From NCBI GenBank assembly GCA_964544275.1, contig CAZIZX010000003.1:107705-171704 (forward strand): a DNA stretch of 64,000 bases, read 5' to 3'. The DNA is from an uncultured Gammaproteobacteria bacterium. GTDB taxonomy: Bacteria; Patescibacteriota; Microgenomatia; UBA12405. Of the stretch, positions 48,383-57,163 are shown piece after piece (the first letter of the stretch is position 1; every line of letters begins with the position of its first letter). The position numbers were made by a program, and so were the translations under genes. The notes beneath the pieces are model-generated. The model saw nothing but the letters and a program-made list of their open reading frames with translations. It was not told the DNA's origin and made no database searches.

Positions 48383-49384
48383 ATGAATAAAACCAAACCT
48401 CGCATTCTAACCGGGGATCGGCCTACCGGTCCGCTTCACTTGGGACACTATGTTGGCAGTCTCAGGAATCGGGTCGAACTTCAAAACTCTTATGATTGCT
48501 TTTTTATCATTGCCGATCTGCACACCCTCACCACCAGCCCTACCAAGGACAAAACTTCAACCATCAATGATCGTGTCAGGGGATTGGTCTTAGACTATCT
48601 TTCGGTTGGTATTGACCCGGAAAAATGCGTCATCTACCAACAAAGTCAGGTTCCTGAAGTCACCTATCTATCCCTCTTGTTTTCCATGCTTGTCACCGTC
48701 CCTCGTGCCCAGCGGGTCCCCACCCTCAAAGATGTTCTCAAAGACCTCCATATCGAAAAACCGTCTTTAGGACTGCTCAATTATCCCGTGCTTCAGGCCG
48801 CTGATATTCTCATGGTCAAAGGTAACCTTGTTCCGGTGGGTCGGGATCAGGAAAGTCACGTTGAAGTTACTCGCGAGATAGCCACAGAATTTAATCGTCT
48901 TTATGGGCCAGTCTTTCCCATCCCCAAAGCCTTAATTGGTGAAGTTGGCACCCTGGTTGGTACCGATGGTCAATCAAAAATGAGCAAATCCATTGGCAAT
49001 TGTATTTATCTTTCCGACGATGAGGCCACTGTTGCCGCCAAAGTTAAAACCATGTACACCGACCCCAACCGTATCCGGGCCACTGATCCGGGCAAGGTTG
49101 AAGGTAATCCGGTTTTTATTTACCACCATGCTTTTAATGACAACCGGGAAGAAGTTGAAAATTTAAAGTCCCGTTATCGCCAGGGCCAGGTTGGCGATGT
49201 CGAAGTCAAGCAAAAATTATCCCTTGCCATTAATAGATTTCTTGAACCCATCCGTCAAAAACGCTTGTTTTATAAATCCAAACCCGACCTGATTACTCAA
49301 ATAATTGAAGAGGGTTCAAAAATCGCCCAAAAAGAAGCCCAAAAGACTCTTTCTCAAGCTCTACAGGCTATGGGGATTAGATAA
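48383..49384 (+). CDS. trpS: tryptophan--tRNA ligase
   Basis: 333 aa. [17 protein letters not shown] (HIGH), [46 protein letters not shown] and KMSKS align to bacterial TrpRS. Confidence 0.7.
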   Translation: MNKTKPRILTGDRPTGPLHLGHYVGSLRNRVELQNSYDCFFIIADLHTLTTSPTKDKTSTINDRVRGLVLDYLSVGIDPEKCVIYQQSQVPEVTYLSLLFSMLVTVPRAQRVPTLKDVLKDLHIEKPSLGLLNYPVLQAADILMVKGNLVPVGRDQESHVEVTREIATEFNRLYGPVFPIPKALIGEVGTLVGTDGQSKMSKSIGNCIYLSDDEATVAAKVKTMYTDPNRIRATDPGKVEGNPVFIYHHAFNDNREEVENLKSRYRQGQVGDVEVKQKLSLAINRFLEPIRQKRLFYKSKPDLITQIIEEGSKIAQKEAQKTLSQALQAMGIR

Positions 49385-49467
49385 AAAATCTTCCATCATT
49401 AATATCATCAATATCTCCGCCCTCTTCACTTAAACCAGTCGTGTCTAATTTTTCCTTAATATTTAGG

Positions 49468-49541
49468 TGGGTATGCCTGGACTTGAACCAGGGACCGCCG
49501 ACTTATAAGATCGGTGCTCTAACCAGCTGAGCTACATACCC
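49468..49541 (-). tRNA. tRNA-Ile (anticodon TAT)
   Basis: Reverse complement GGGTATGTAGCTCAGCTGGTTAGAGCACCGATCTTATAAGTCGGCGGTCCCTGGTTCAAGTCCAGGCATACCCA. Anticodon stem ccgat/gtcgg with loop cTTATAa gives UAU. Confidence 0.6.
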
Positions 49542-49546
49542 ATTTG

Positions 49547-49620
49547 TAGCAGGGGCGGGACTTGAACCCGCGACCTCAGCGTTATGAATGCTGTGCTCTA
49601 ACCAGCTGAGCTACCCTGCC
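49547..49620 (-). tRNA. tRNA-Met (anticodon CAT); elongator Met, or Ile2 if lysidinylated
   Basis: Reverse complement GGCAGGGTAGCTCAGCTGGTTAGAGCACAGCATTCATAACGCTGAGGTCGCGGGTTCAAGTCCCGCCCCTGCTA. Loop ttCATaa. G1-U72 wobble. Lies 5 nt from the previous tRNA. Confidence 0.6.
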
Positions 49621-49712
49621 TCTTAAGCACTGCCAATTATATCAGTTTTCCTCACTAGTTCGCACCTATAAAAACAAAAAAGCCCCCAACTTAATGGAAG
49701 CCTTCTTGTTTG

Positions 49713-49782
49713 TTGCGGGGCCAGGAGTTGAACCTGGCCTGTGAGATTATGAGCCTCACGTGCAGCCGTACACTACCCCGCA
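49713..49782 (-). tRNA. tRNA with CAT anticodon (Met/fMet), atypical short D-loop
   Basis: Reverse complement TGCGGGGTAGTGTACGGCTGCACGTGAGGCTCATAATCTCACAGGCCAGGTTCAACTCCTGGCCCCGCAA. 6-bp anticodon stem gtgagg/tctcac with loop ctCATaa. T-arm ccagg-ttcaact-cctgg. U1-A72. Only about 70 nt. Confidence 0.45.
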
Positions 49783-49819
49783 TGTCTTATCAAAGCCTAA
49801 GGATTTTAGCACAACTTAA

Positions 49820-50179
49820 CTATCGAGTAAATAGTTCTAGCCACATTTTCCAATTAGATTTATTGTCATCAATCGTTTTTGTCGGATAAAATGATTCTTC
49901 GCCACTCTTTTCTGTCATTTCGATCCAATGATCATTTTCACTCCCCAATCCGAATTTATCTCTGGCTTGTTGTTGGATATAAGCACTACTGGTAGCGTAT
50001 TCAATTTTTCTTTCCAGTATTCTGTTCTCACCTTCAACTTTTCTTACTAGATGTACCAAATTAATATTTTCTACTCGAGCATTTTTTAGTATCCTGAATT
50101 GACTCAAAATATTAAAAAGTATAGACAAAAATATCAATATAAATCCAAATAATAAGATATAGTCCTTAATCTTTCTCAT
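49820..50179 (-). CDS. septum formation initiator (FtsB/DivIC-like)
   Basis: 119 aa. N-terminal TM, a coiled-coil segment, then YIQQQARDKFGL resembling the FtsB/DivIC C-terminal motif. Confidence 0.45.
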   Translation of the reverse strand: MRKIKDYILLFGFILIFLSILFNILSQFRILKNARVENINLVHLVRKVEGENRILERKIEYATSSAYIQQQARDKFGLGSENDHWIEMTEKSGEESFYPTKTIDDNKSNWKMWLELFTR

Positions 50180-50228
50180 TTACGTTTAACTTGTAAATTG
50201 TCCTTATTCATGTTATTATAAGACGATT

Positions 50229-51098
50229 ATGGCAGACCTATCATTCGATAGTGCCCTTGGTCTTTTTATTTCCGCTTTATCCAAAAAAGGGAAATCTACA
50301 AATACTATTGTAGCCTACAAGGGCGATATCAACCAATTACTAAACTTTTTGAAGGCGCAGCACAATATTGTTGCTGTCGACTCTGTCAATCCTTCTCATA
50401 TCGAGAATTTCAAAAAAGATTTAATAAAAAATAACTACACTGCCAAATCGGTCAGCCGCAAGCTAAATTCCATCAAAAACTTTTTTTCCTTCCTCAAAAA
50501 TGAGAACGTTATTGACCAGGATCCCTCCATCGAAGTCAAGCATCCCAAATACGAAAACGAACTGCCTCGAATTTTAAAACCCATTGAGTACCGTTCACTT
50601 CGCGACGCCTGCCGCAACGATACTCGGGCGACTGCCATTGTTGAACTAATGCTCCAGGCTGGCCTCAGAATCAAAGAAATTGAAAATCTGAAGCTAGAAA
50701 ATGTTCACGACAATGAAATTATGGTTGAAGCCAACGAAAGCCACTCCGAAAGGGTTGTCCCTCTCAATAACTCAGCCAAAATTGCTCTCAAAAGATATAT
50801 GGAAGAAAACCGCTACCCCAGCAAGTCCAGAAATGTATTTGTTACCAAAACCGGCAGAAAACTTCTTGCCAGAAATGTCAGAAGCTTACTCAACCGCTAT
50901 TTTGTCAAAGCCGACATCAAAGGCGTCAAAGTCAACGATCTTCGCAATACTTTTATTGTCTTTCAGCTCAAATCCGGTGTCCCTATTGATGTCGTTTCTC
51001 AGGTTTCCGGTCACAAAAGAATCTCCACCACCGAAAAATACTTAGAATTAATTGACTCCAAAGAAGAATCCAAAGGTATCAAACTCAAAGAATTATAA
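50229..51098 (+). CDS. tyrosine site-specific recombinase (XerC/XerD-like)
   Basis: N-terminal SAM-like domain (TIVAYKGDINQLLNFL). Catalytic region with RATAIVELMLQAGLRIKE (Arg), LRNTF, and GHKRISTTEKY (His, Arg, Tyr nucleophile). Confidence 0.7.
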   Translation: MADLSFDSALGLFISALSKKGKSTNTIVAYKGDINQLLNFLKAQHNIVAVDSVNPSHIENFKKDLIKNNYTAKSVSRKLNSIKNFFSFLKNENVIDQDPSIEVKHPKYENELPRILKPIEYRSLRDACRNDTRATAIVELMLQAGLRIKEIENLKLENVHDNEIMVEANESHSERVVPLNNSAKIALKRYMEENRYPSKSRNVFVTKTGRKLLARNVRSLLNRYFVKADIKGVKVNDLRNTFIVFQLKSGVPIDVVSQVSGHKRISTTEKYLELIDSKEESKGIKLKEL

Positions 51099-53426
51099 TC
51101 TTGCCCTCTTGGAAATTTCCGCTTCCACAATCTCTCTTGGTCGTCCATACTTTAGGGCCGACAACCGTTTGATCATCTCTGCCATTTTTGGATTGCCCGG
51201 CTTTTTCTTTTCTGCTGCCGCCACCTTCAGCGAAAAAGGTGTTTTTGGGGTTCCGTTAACCATGGTTTTAATATATATCTCTCCTGTCCCCAAGTTAAGC
51301 AAATCATGCTCGTTGAATGTTGGCCTAAACTGATTAACCAGAAAGTTAGCGTCCGATATCCCCACTCTGAAGCTGGAGATTGTACCTACATTTCCAAATA
51401 CGGCATTTTTGACCTCATCGTCCATCTGGGAAATAAACTGATTGGCCACGGTTAGGTTGAGCCGATATTTTCTGGCCTCCGACATAATAACTGCAAAATC
51501 CTGGGTCGCGAAATTTTGAAATTCATCAACATAAAGATAAAAATCCCGTCTCTGATCCTCTGGTGTATCCTGTCGGCTCATAGCGGCAATCAAAATTTTT
51601 GGAATCAAAACCAATCCCAAAAACGCTGAATTTTCTTCCCCGATTGTACCCTTGGCCAAATTTATAATCAAAATTTTACCCTCATCCATAGCTTTTCGAA
51701 AACTAAACGACGAGGTGGACTGGCCGATGATATTCCTCATCATGGTGTTGGTGATAAACCGGCCAAACTTGGATACTATATAGTCCAATACTTCTGATTT
51801 GTGAAAATCCGATGTCTGGGCAATTTGGTCAGTCCAATACCTTTTCACCATTGGATCTTTAACTTTTGGCAGTAAATACTGAACATAAGACTGGTCGGTC
51901 AAACATCTCACGATTTCAATAAAAGTTGCTCCTGGCTCTATCATTACGGTCAACATGATATTTCTGATCGCATGCTCAAATCTCGGACCGACGATACCGG
52001 TTTTGTATGGGTCGTACAGCTTATACATCAAATTAATGATCGACGATGTCACAAAATCTTTTTGGTCCTCGTTATCGCACTCCATTACATTAAAACCCAT
52101 TGGCCTGTCGGTCATCGATGGATCAAAATAAATTACATCATCAACCCTTTCCGGCGGTATTCTTTCCAGAATACTCTCATAAGTGTCATGCGGATCAATA
52201 AAACAGACCCCCTTTCCGGCCTTGATGTCCTGCAGGGCCATATCAGCCAAAAGCCACGATTTACCCACACCCGTTTGTCCCACAATATAAAAATGCCTCT
52301 GTCTATCTGACTCGGTTATACAAAACTTTTTATTAACCCCCCGGTACAGATTATCGCCAATATACATTCCCTCTTGGGGTGAGTCCACCGGTTCGGGTGC
52401 TTTTTTGGCCTTAAGCCAATATATATTAGGAGTTTCTACTGTTTTATTGGGTAAATGAAAAACCGAAGCTATTTCCTCTGGTGACAAAATTGTTCTTTGC
52501 CCCGACCAAAAAACTACCGGATATTTATAAATAAAATCTTCCATAAACAATCGCTTTATTCTTATTTTTCTACTCGACAGTTTATTCCAGGGTGATTCAA
52601 ATTGCCCGAAACAGGCTTTAATATTTGAAATATTCATTTTAGCAATTTCTTTTGTCGGTGCCACCGACACAATTCTAATCGCCGTCTCAAAACCGCTCTT
52701 GTTGCACTTATTTTGAATTGCTTCCAGTTGTTTAGCTTCTACCTTATATGACGCCTTTTCTGGATTGGATTCGCTCTTCTTAGTCCCACTTATAAAACTG
52801 TTACCTGCCTTGGCCCACTTCCCGTCAGTCGGTGAAATTACCAGCTGTATTGACACCGCTTCCTCTGGATTAAGCTTAGACAGGGCCGAACTTAACGAAG
52901 ATAGGGGATCGGTTGCAATCTCCTTGTAAGTCTTTAATGGATAATAAGCACCCTTTTTCAGGCCCAACCAGGCATATTCGATTTTTCCGTCCTCAGTATA
53001 AATATTTGGTTCGTCCACCACCTGTATATCAGCCCCAGCATATACACTGTATATCTGTTTTTCCACCAAGTCCTGATAATCCTTGGGCAGCGAAACATAA
53101 AACTTTATTTCATCACTGGTTCCGATAATCTCCAAGGAAATACTTTCCTGTGCCTGAATTGGCTGAAGGAATTTAAACTTAGCCGACTTGTAAATGCTTG
53201 ATAATGAACTAATAATTTGTTCCATGGCGTCTATTTTCACCTCATTATCTTCCGGTACCGCCACTAGCAAAGTGATCATCTTTAACGACTTCTCTTCTCT
53301 ATCCTTCCATCTGTACCACAAAACCAGCACATAACCCAAAAAAACCAGCAGCAGCAGTACCAGTCCGCCCGCCACCAACATCAATACCAGACTTATTAAT
53401 TGATTAGTTAAGCTTTCTATTGTCAT
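51093..53426 (-). CDS. membrane-anchored VirB4/HerA-like (AAA_10/DUF87) ATPase
   Basis: N-terminal TM. Walker A FYIVGQTGVGKSWLLAD followed by FIDPHD. Walker B about 250 aa later (LYVDEFQNF), then EARKYRLNLTVANQFISQ, the HerA/VirB4/TraC signature. 777 aa. Confidence 0.5.
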   Translation of the reverse strand: MTIESLTNQLISLVLMLVAGGLVLLLLVFLGYVLVLWYRWKDREEKSLKMITLLVAVPEDNEVKIDAMEQIISSLSSIYKSAKFKFLQPIQAQESISLEIIGTSDEIKFYVSLPKDYQDLVEKQIYSVYAGADIQVVDEPNIYTEDGKIEYAWLGLKKGAYYPLKTYKEIATDPLSSLSSALSKLNPEEAVSIQLVISPTDGKWAKAGNSFISGTKKSESNPEKASYKVEAKQLEAIQNKCNKSGFETAIRIVSVAPTKEIAKMNISNIKACFGQFESPWNKLSSRKIRIKRLFMEDFIYKYPVVFWSGQRTILSPEEIASVFHLPNKTVETPNIYWLKAKKAPEPVDSPQEGMYIGDNLYRGVNKKFCITESDRQRHFYIVGQTGVGKSWLLADMALQDIKAGKGVCFIDPHDTYESILERIPPERVDDVIYFDPSMTDRPMGFNVMECDNEDQKDFVTSSIINLMYKLYDPYKTGIVGPRFEHAIRNIMLTVMIEPGATFIEIVRCLTDQSYVQYLLPKVKDPMVKRYWTDQIAQTSDFHKSEVLDYIVSKFGRFITNTMMRNIIGQSTSSFSFRKAMDEGKILIINLAKGTIGEENSAFLGLVLIPKILIAAMSRQDTPEDQRRDFYLYVDEFQNFATQDFAVIMSEARKYRLNLTVANQFISQMDDEVKNAVFGNVGTISSFRVGISDANFLVNQFRPTFNEHDLLNLGTGEIYIKTMVNGTPKTPFSLKVAAAEKKKPGNPKMAEMIKRLSALKYGRPREIVEAEISKRARL

Positions 53427-53778
53427 CGTCTTTAAATCTTACTTGGCCTTTGTTCTTCTTAATTATCCTCTCGACAAATACCGATAACCACCTGCCTGCC
53501 TCTGACATGGTTTTTTTCAGTCCCGTAGCAAATGTGGCCTTTGTAATTGGCAATACGATCACCGGATTATTGGAATTGGCTGATGTCAATATTGTTTGGC
53601 CGGAATTATCAGTCACCGTTTTCTGGTCATCTCCCTCGCCTTCTTCCAGTTTTTCCATCCAGTTTTCCACTCCACCCGACAACGCCCCATCTGCTTCCTT
53701 TCTCAAATCCCTCATTTCGACGCTGCCTGCTTGTTCGTTACCGCTGACTGAATTTTGAATTTCCTTACTGTTTACCAT
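53404..53778 (-). CDS. hypothetical acidic protein
   Basis: 124 aa. No TM and no motif. Overlaps the ATPase start by 23 nt. Confidence 0.25.
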   Translation of the reverse strand: MVNSKEIQNSVSGNEQAGSVEMRDLRKEADGALSGGVENWMEKLEEGEGDDQKTVTDNSGQTILTSANSNNPVIVLPITKATFATGLKKTMSEAGRWLSVFVERIIKKNKGQVRFKDDDNRKLN

Positions 53779-53834
53779 AACTATGACAAGTATAGGATAA
53801 ATTTGCTCTCAAAACTACGTTATAATTAGGCACC

Positions 53835-54965
53835 ATGACTACTATCAAGCCCAAGATTTCTGAAGTGATTGGCATTGATAACAGTCGCCACCTTTTACCC
53901 CTACTTACCTCAATGATGATGATTTTTCTTGCCATCATCTTTGTTTGGTTTTTCAGAGGTGGTAGTTTTCGGCTTTACGCCAGCGCCTTTTTTGGCCTCT
54001 ATTCCCTGACAAAACAGATTTGGATATCGGTTATATTAATCGGTATTTCCCAAAATATTATCTTCCTTCCTCTTCGATTTTTAAGTCTGAAACTCTCAAC
54101 CTCCCTCCGTGAATTTGAAGATACCCTTGAGGAGGTGGAAAATGAGGGTGAACAGTACATTTTGTTTACCAAAAAAGTCAAAGAAGGCAATCCCGCCATC
54201 ATTTTTTTCATTATAAATTTTGTCCTCAATACAGTCGCCTTCTTTTCCGCCGGAAGAATTTTTTTGATCGATTTTTACAATAAACCTCTCGACCCGGGTC
54301 TTATTTACAGCTTTATTCCTTATCCTCAATATCCACTTCAGGGAACCAATTTTAATTTTCCATTTTTCAAAATTACCCAAACTACCGCTCTGAATTGGAG
54401 TACCATCTTCTTGATCTGGCTGTCATTTCTTGTTGTTTTGGTCGCTTCCCGTTTCCTTTGGCGCCTGGTCCGCTTTATTTTCTGGAAAAACAAACAAATA
54501 TTATCAGTCAGAATTAGTTACAACAAATTTCTTATCAAGGCCGCCGGATTCACTGGTACCCTGTTTATTCTGTCTCTGATTGTCCTTCGCCGCATCCCTA
54601 CCGCGTTTCAGGGTACTTGGCTGGTTGCCGACTTAACCATACCCAACCCTCCCCTTAACGCTATCACCGCCGTTGGTACTTTTATTACTGCCTTTCATGC
54701 TGGCTATATCCGCAACTCCATTGCCTCCAAACGGGCCCGCGCCGCTTCTATCCCCGAAGATATTATCAGCCGGGTCACCCGGGAAAACCTGCGCCAAAGT
54801 CTCAAAAATGCCACCTTTTTAGGTCTTGGAGCTTTTCTTATTACCAATCAAATTCCCTGTGCTTTCGAGTTGTCCATCGCCACTTTTGAAGTCCTCTACA
54901 TTCTGTCTCCTTACACCTTTGATCTTCTTTTAAATTTTGCCGATAATAAGAGCCAAAAAACATGA
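53835..54965 (+). CDS. YidC/Oxa1-family membrane protein insertase-like
   Basis: TM1 GLYSLTKQIWISVILIGISQNIIFLPLRFLSL holds the conserved Arg and PL. Then LFTKKVKEGNPAIIFFIINFVLNTVAFFSA resembles the YidC K..NP....LP.L.Q.P motif. 376 aa. Confidence 0.45.
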   Translation: MTTIKPKISEVIGIDNSRHLLPLLTSMMMIFLAIIFVWFFRGGSFRLYASAFFGLYSLTKQIWISVILIGISQNIIFLPLRFLSLKLSTSLREFEDTLEEVENEGEQYILFTKKVKEGNPAIIFFIINFVLNTVAFFSAGRIFLIDFYNKPLDPGLIYSFIPYPQYPLQGTNFNFPFFKITQTTALNWSTIFLIWLSFLVVLVASRFLWRLVRFIFWKNKQILSVRISYNKFLIKAAGFTGTLFILSLIVLRRIPTAFQGTWLVADLTIPNPPLNAITAVGTFITAFHAGYIRNSIASKRARAASIPEDIISRVTRENLRQSLKNATFLGLGAFLITNQIPCAFELSIATFEVLYILSPYTFDLLLNFADNKSQKT

Positions 54966-56032
54966 GTTCCTCCGATTTCATTTCCGTTCTTAATCAATAC
55001 AAAAAAATCGTTTGGCCCCACATCGAGTCTAACCTGAAAAGCCAAGTTGATTTCCCCGGCTTTTGCCGGGTAGACCCAAAATACTCCGACCTGGTTGACT
55101 ATTACAGCCAAATTATTTCCGAATATCCCCGCCGTCAGGGTAAATATTTTCGTCCCACCCTACTCCTTTTGACCGCCCAGGCCCTGGGCGTCTCGGTAGA
55201 TATCGCTCTTAACACCGCCGCCGCTATGCAAATTTCCGAAGATTGGATCCTGAATCACGATGATATCGAAGACGATTCACTCGAACGCCGCGGTCAGCCT
55301 GCCCTCCATCGACTTATTGGCAAAGAACTGGCCATCAATGCCGGCGATTCTCTTCATCTTCTTATGTGGAAACTCCTTGCTGACAATATCAGCAAGTTAG
55401 ATATTTCCACCAGTCAAAGAATTCTCTACGAGTTCTTCAATATGATCAACCGGACGACTTTCGGCCAGACAGTTGAACTTAAATGGACCATTGATAATCG
55501 TCACGACTTAACTGACGAAGACATTTTTTTGATTCTTGAGAGTAAAACCGGTTATTACACTATCTCTGGCCCTATGAGACTGGGAGCCATCCTTGCCGGT
55601 GCCACCGATAGCCAACTGAATTCGATCTACGAATTTGGTCTAATCTTGGGCCGGTCATTCCAAATAATTGATGACCTGCTTGATTTAACCTCTGATTTTG
55701 CCGGTCAAAAGAAACAGCGGGGGAATGACATTTATGAAGGCAAGAAAACCATCATGCTCATGCACCTTTATCGTCAGGCAAACAATCAGGACAAAAAACG
55801 GCTTGACGCTATCATGTCCCGACCTCGCACCCAAAAGACCCCTTCCGATATCGCTTGGGTCATCCAAAAAATGCACCACTATGGTTCCCTCAATTATGCC
55901 AGAAATTTAGCAGCTCAATTTGCCGCTCAGTCCAAACAAATATTCAATGCCCAACTCAAGTTTATTAGCCTAAAACCCTACCGCTCTCAGCTTTTATCGG
56001 CCATTGACTTTATTATTAATCGCGATCACTGA
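54962..56032 (+). CDS. polyprenyl diphosphate synthase (trans-isoprenyl diphosphate synthase family)
   Basis: First DDxxD at LNHDDIEDD...RRG. Second at FQIIDDLLD. 356 aa. Confidence 0.75.
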   Translation: MSSSDFISVLNQYKKIVWPHIESNLKSQVDFPGFCRVDPKYSDLVDYYSQIISEYPRRQGKYFRPTLLLLTAQALGVSVDIALNTAAAMQISEDWILNHDDIEDDSLERRGQPALHRLIGKELAINAGDSLHLLMWKLLADNISKLDISTSQRILYEFFNMINRTTFGQTVELKWTIDNRHDLTDEDIFLILESKTGYYTISGPMRLGAILAGATDSQLNSIYEFGLILGRSFQIIDDLLDLTSDFAGQKKQRGNDIYEGKKTIMLMHLYRQANNQDKKRLDAIMSRPRTQKTPSDIAWVIQKMHHYGSLNYARNLAAQFAAQSKQIFNAQLKFISLKPYRSQLLSAIDFIINRDH

Positions 56033-57114
56033 TGGATAGACAAGTCCTCAAAGCCACCTTTTTGCAATTTTCCGGTATCCTTGGCGCCGGCATCTTTATT
56101 CTGCCCCACCTCTACGCCCCAGCCAATCCTTTTCAGGCTTATCCTTTGCTGATAATACTCACCCTTATTGTTGCTCTGGCCAACATTCTCTATATTGACG
56201 TCATTTTAGCCACCAAAGGTGACCACCAGCTATCCGGCTATGCCCAAATTCATCTTGGGCCAAAATTCAAAAACCTGGCCACCGCCAACCTCATCCTTTT
56301 AGCTATCGGTGTAGTTTCTGCCTATATAAAAATTGCCAGCGGTTTTATCTCGCTCCTATTGCCCGCTAGCACCAATCTTTCCGCCCTTATATTCATTGCT
56401 CTTCTTTTGCTTTTCCATTTATCAAAACTCAATCCTTCCCATCGCCTTTCCCAAATATTTCCCTTAATTAGCCTTTTTATTGTTTTTCTTCTCTTTGTCC
56501 TCTCATTTAATTTCACTCCTGTTTCTCTTCCCCCCGCTCCGCTTTCTCCCCTGATTTTCGGTTCCACCATTTTTGCTTTAAGCGGTTTTACCATTATTCC
56601 TGAAGTGGAGGAACTTTTGCGCGGCAGCGGCAACATCAAGGCCAAGCTAAAATTTTCATCCCTTGCCGGGTTATTTTTAGTGGTCTTTGTCTATTTAATT
56701 TACATTTTCGCCGTTAGTAGAATCAGTGGCCCCAACTTATCTCCCGACAGCGTCACCGGCCTGTTTCTAACCAGCAATTTCCTTGGCCGCCTTCTGTCAT
56801 TTTTTGGAGCAGTAACTCTCCTCAAAGCCTCTCTCAATTTTTTGTTTATCCAAAAAGAATTATTTTTCCGTGATTTAAACCTCTCCCAAGGCAAATCTTA
56901 CCTCCTTTCCTCTCTTTTGCCCCTCTTCACCCTTGTTTTTGCCAACACTTCTTTTGTTAATCTGATTTCCCTCACCGGATCGGTTACCGTTTTCATTTCC
57001 GTTCTGATAATCTGTCTGATTCGTCTCAGGCTCAAACCATCACCTGCCATCCGATTTTCAGTTTTCCTCATCCTTTCCGTTTTGTTCATTGGCCTTGTCT
57101 CCGAAATATTATAA
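56032..57114 (+). CDS. APC/HAAAP-superfamily amino-acid-permease-like membrane protein
   Basis: N-terminal FLQFSGILGAGIFILPHL resembles the G.IGAG.LALP motif of Trp/Tyr-type permeases. About 10 TM helices. 360 aa. Confidence 0.4.
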   Translation: MDRQVLKATFLQFSGILGAGIFILPHLYAPANPFQAYPLLIILTLIVALANILYIDVILATKGDHQLSGYAQIHLGPKFKNLATANLILLAIGVVSAYIKIASGFISLLLPASTNLSALIFIALLLLFHLSKLNPSHRLSQIFPLISLFIVFLLFVLSFNFTPVSLPPAPLSPLIFGSTIFALSGFTIIPEVEELLRGSGNIKAKLKFSSLAGLFLVVFVYLIYIFAVSRISGPNLSPDSVTGLFLTSNFLGRLLSFFGAVTLLKASLNFLFIQKELFFRDLNLSQGKSYLLSSLLPLFTLVFANTSFVNLISLTGSVTVFISVLIICLIRLRLKPSPAIRFSVFLILSVLFIGLVSEIL

Positions 57115-57163
57115 AAATAGCCAAAGGATAGACATAAATTTATTAAAATGCTAAAATTGATCA

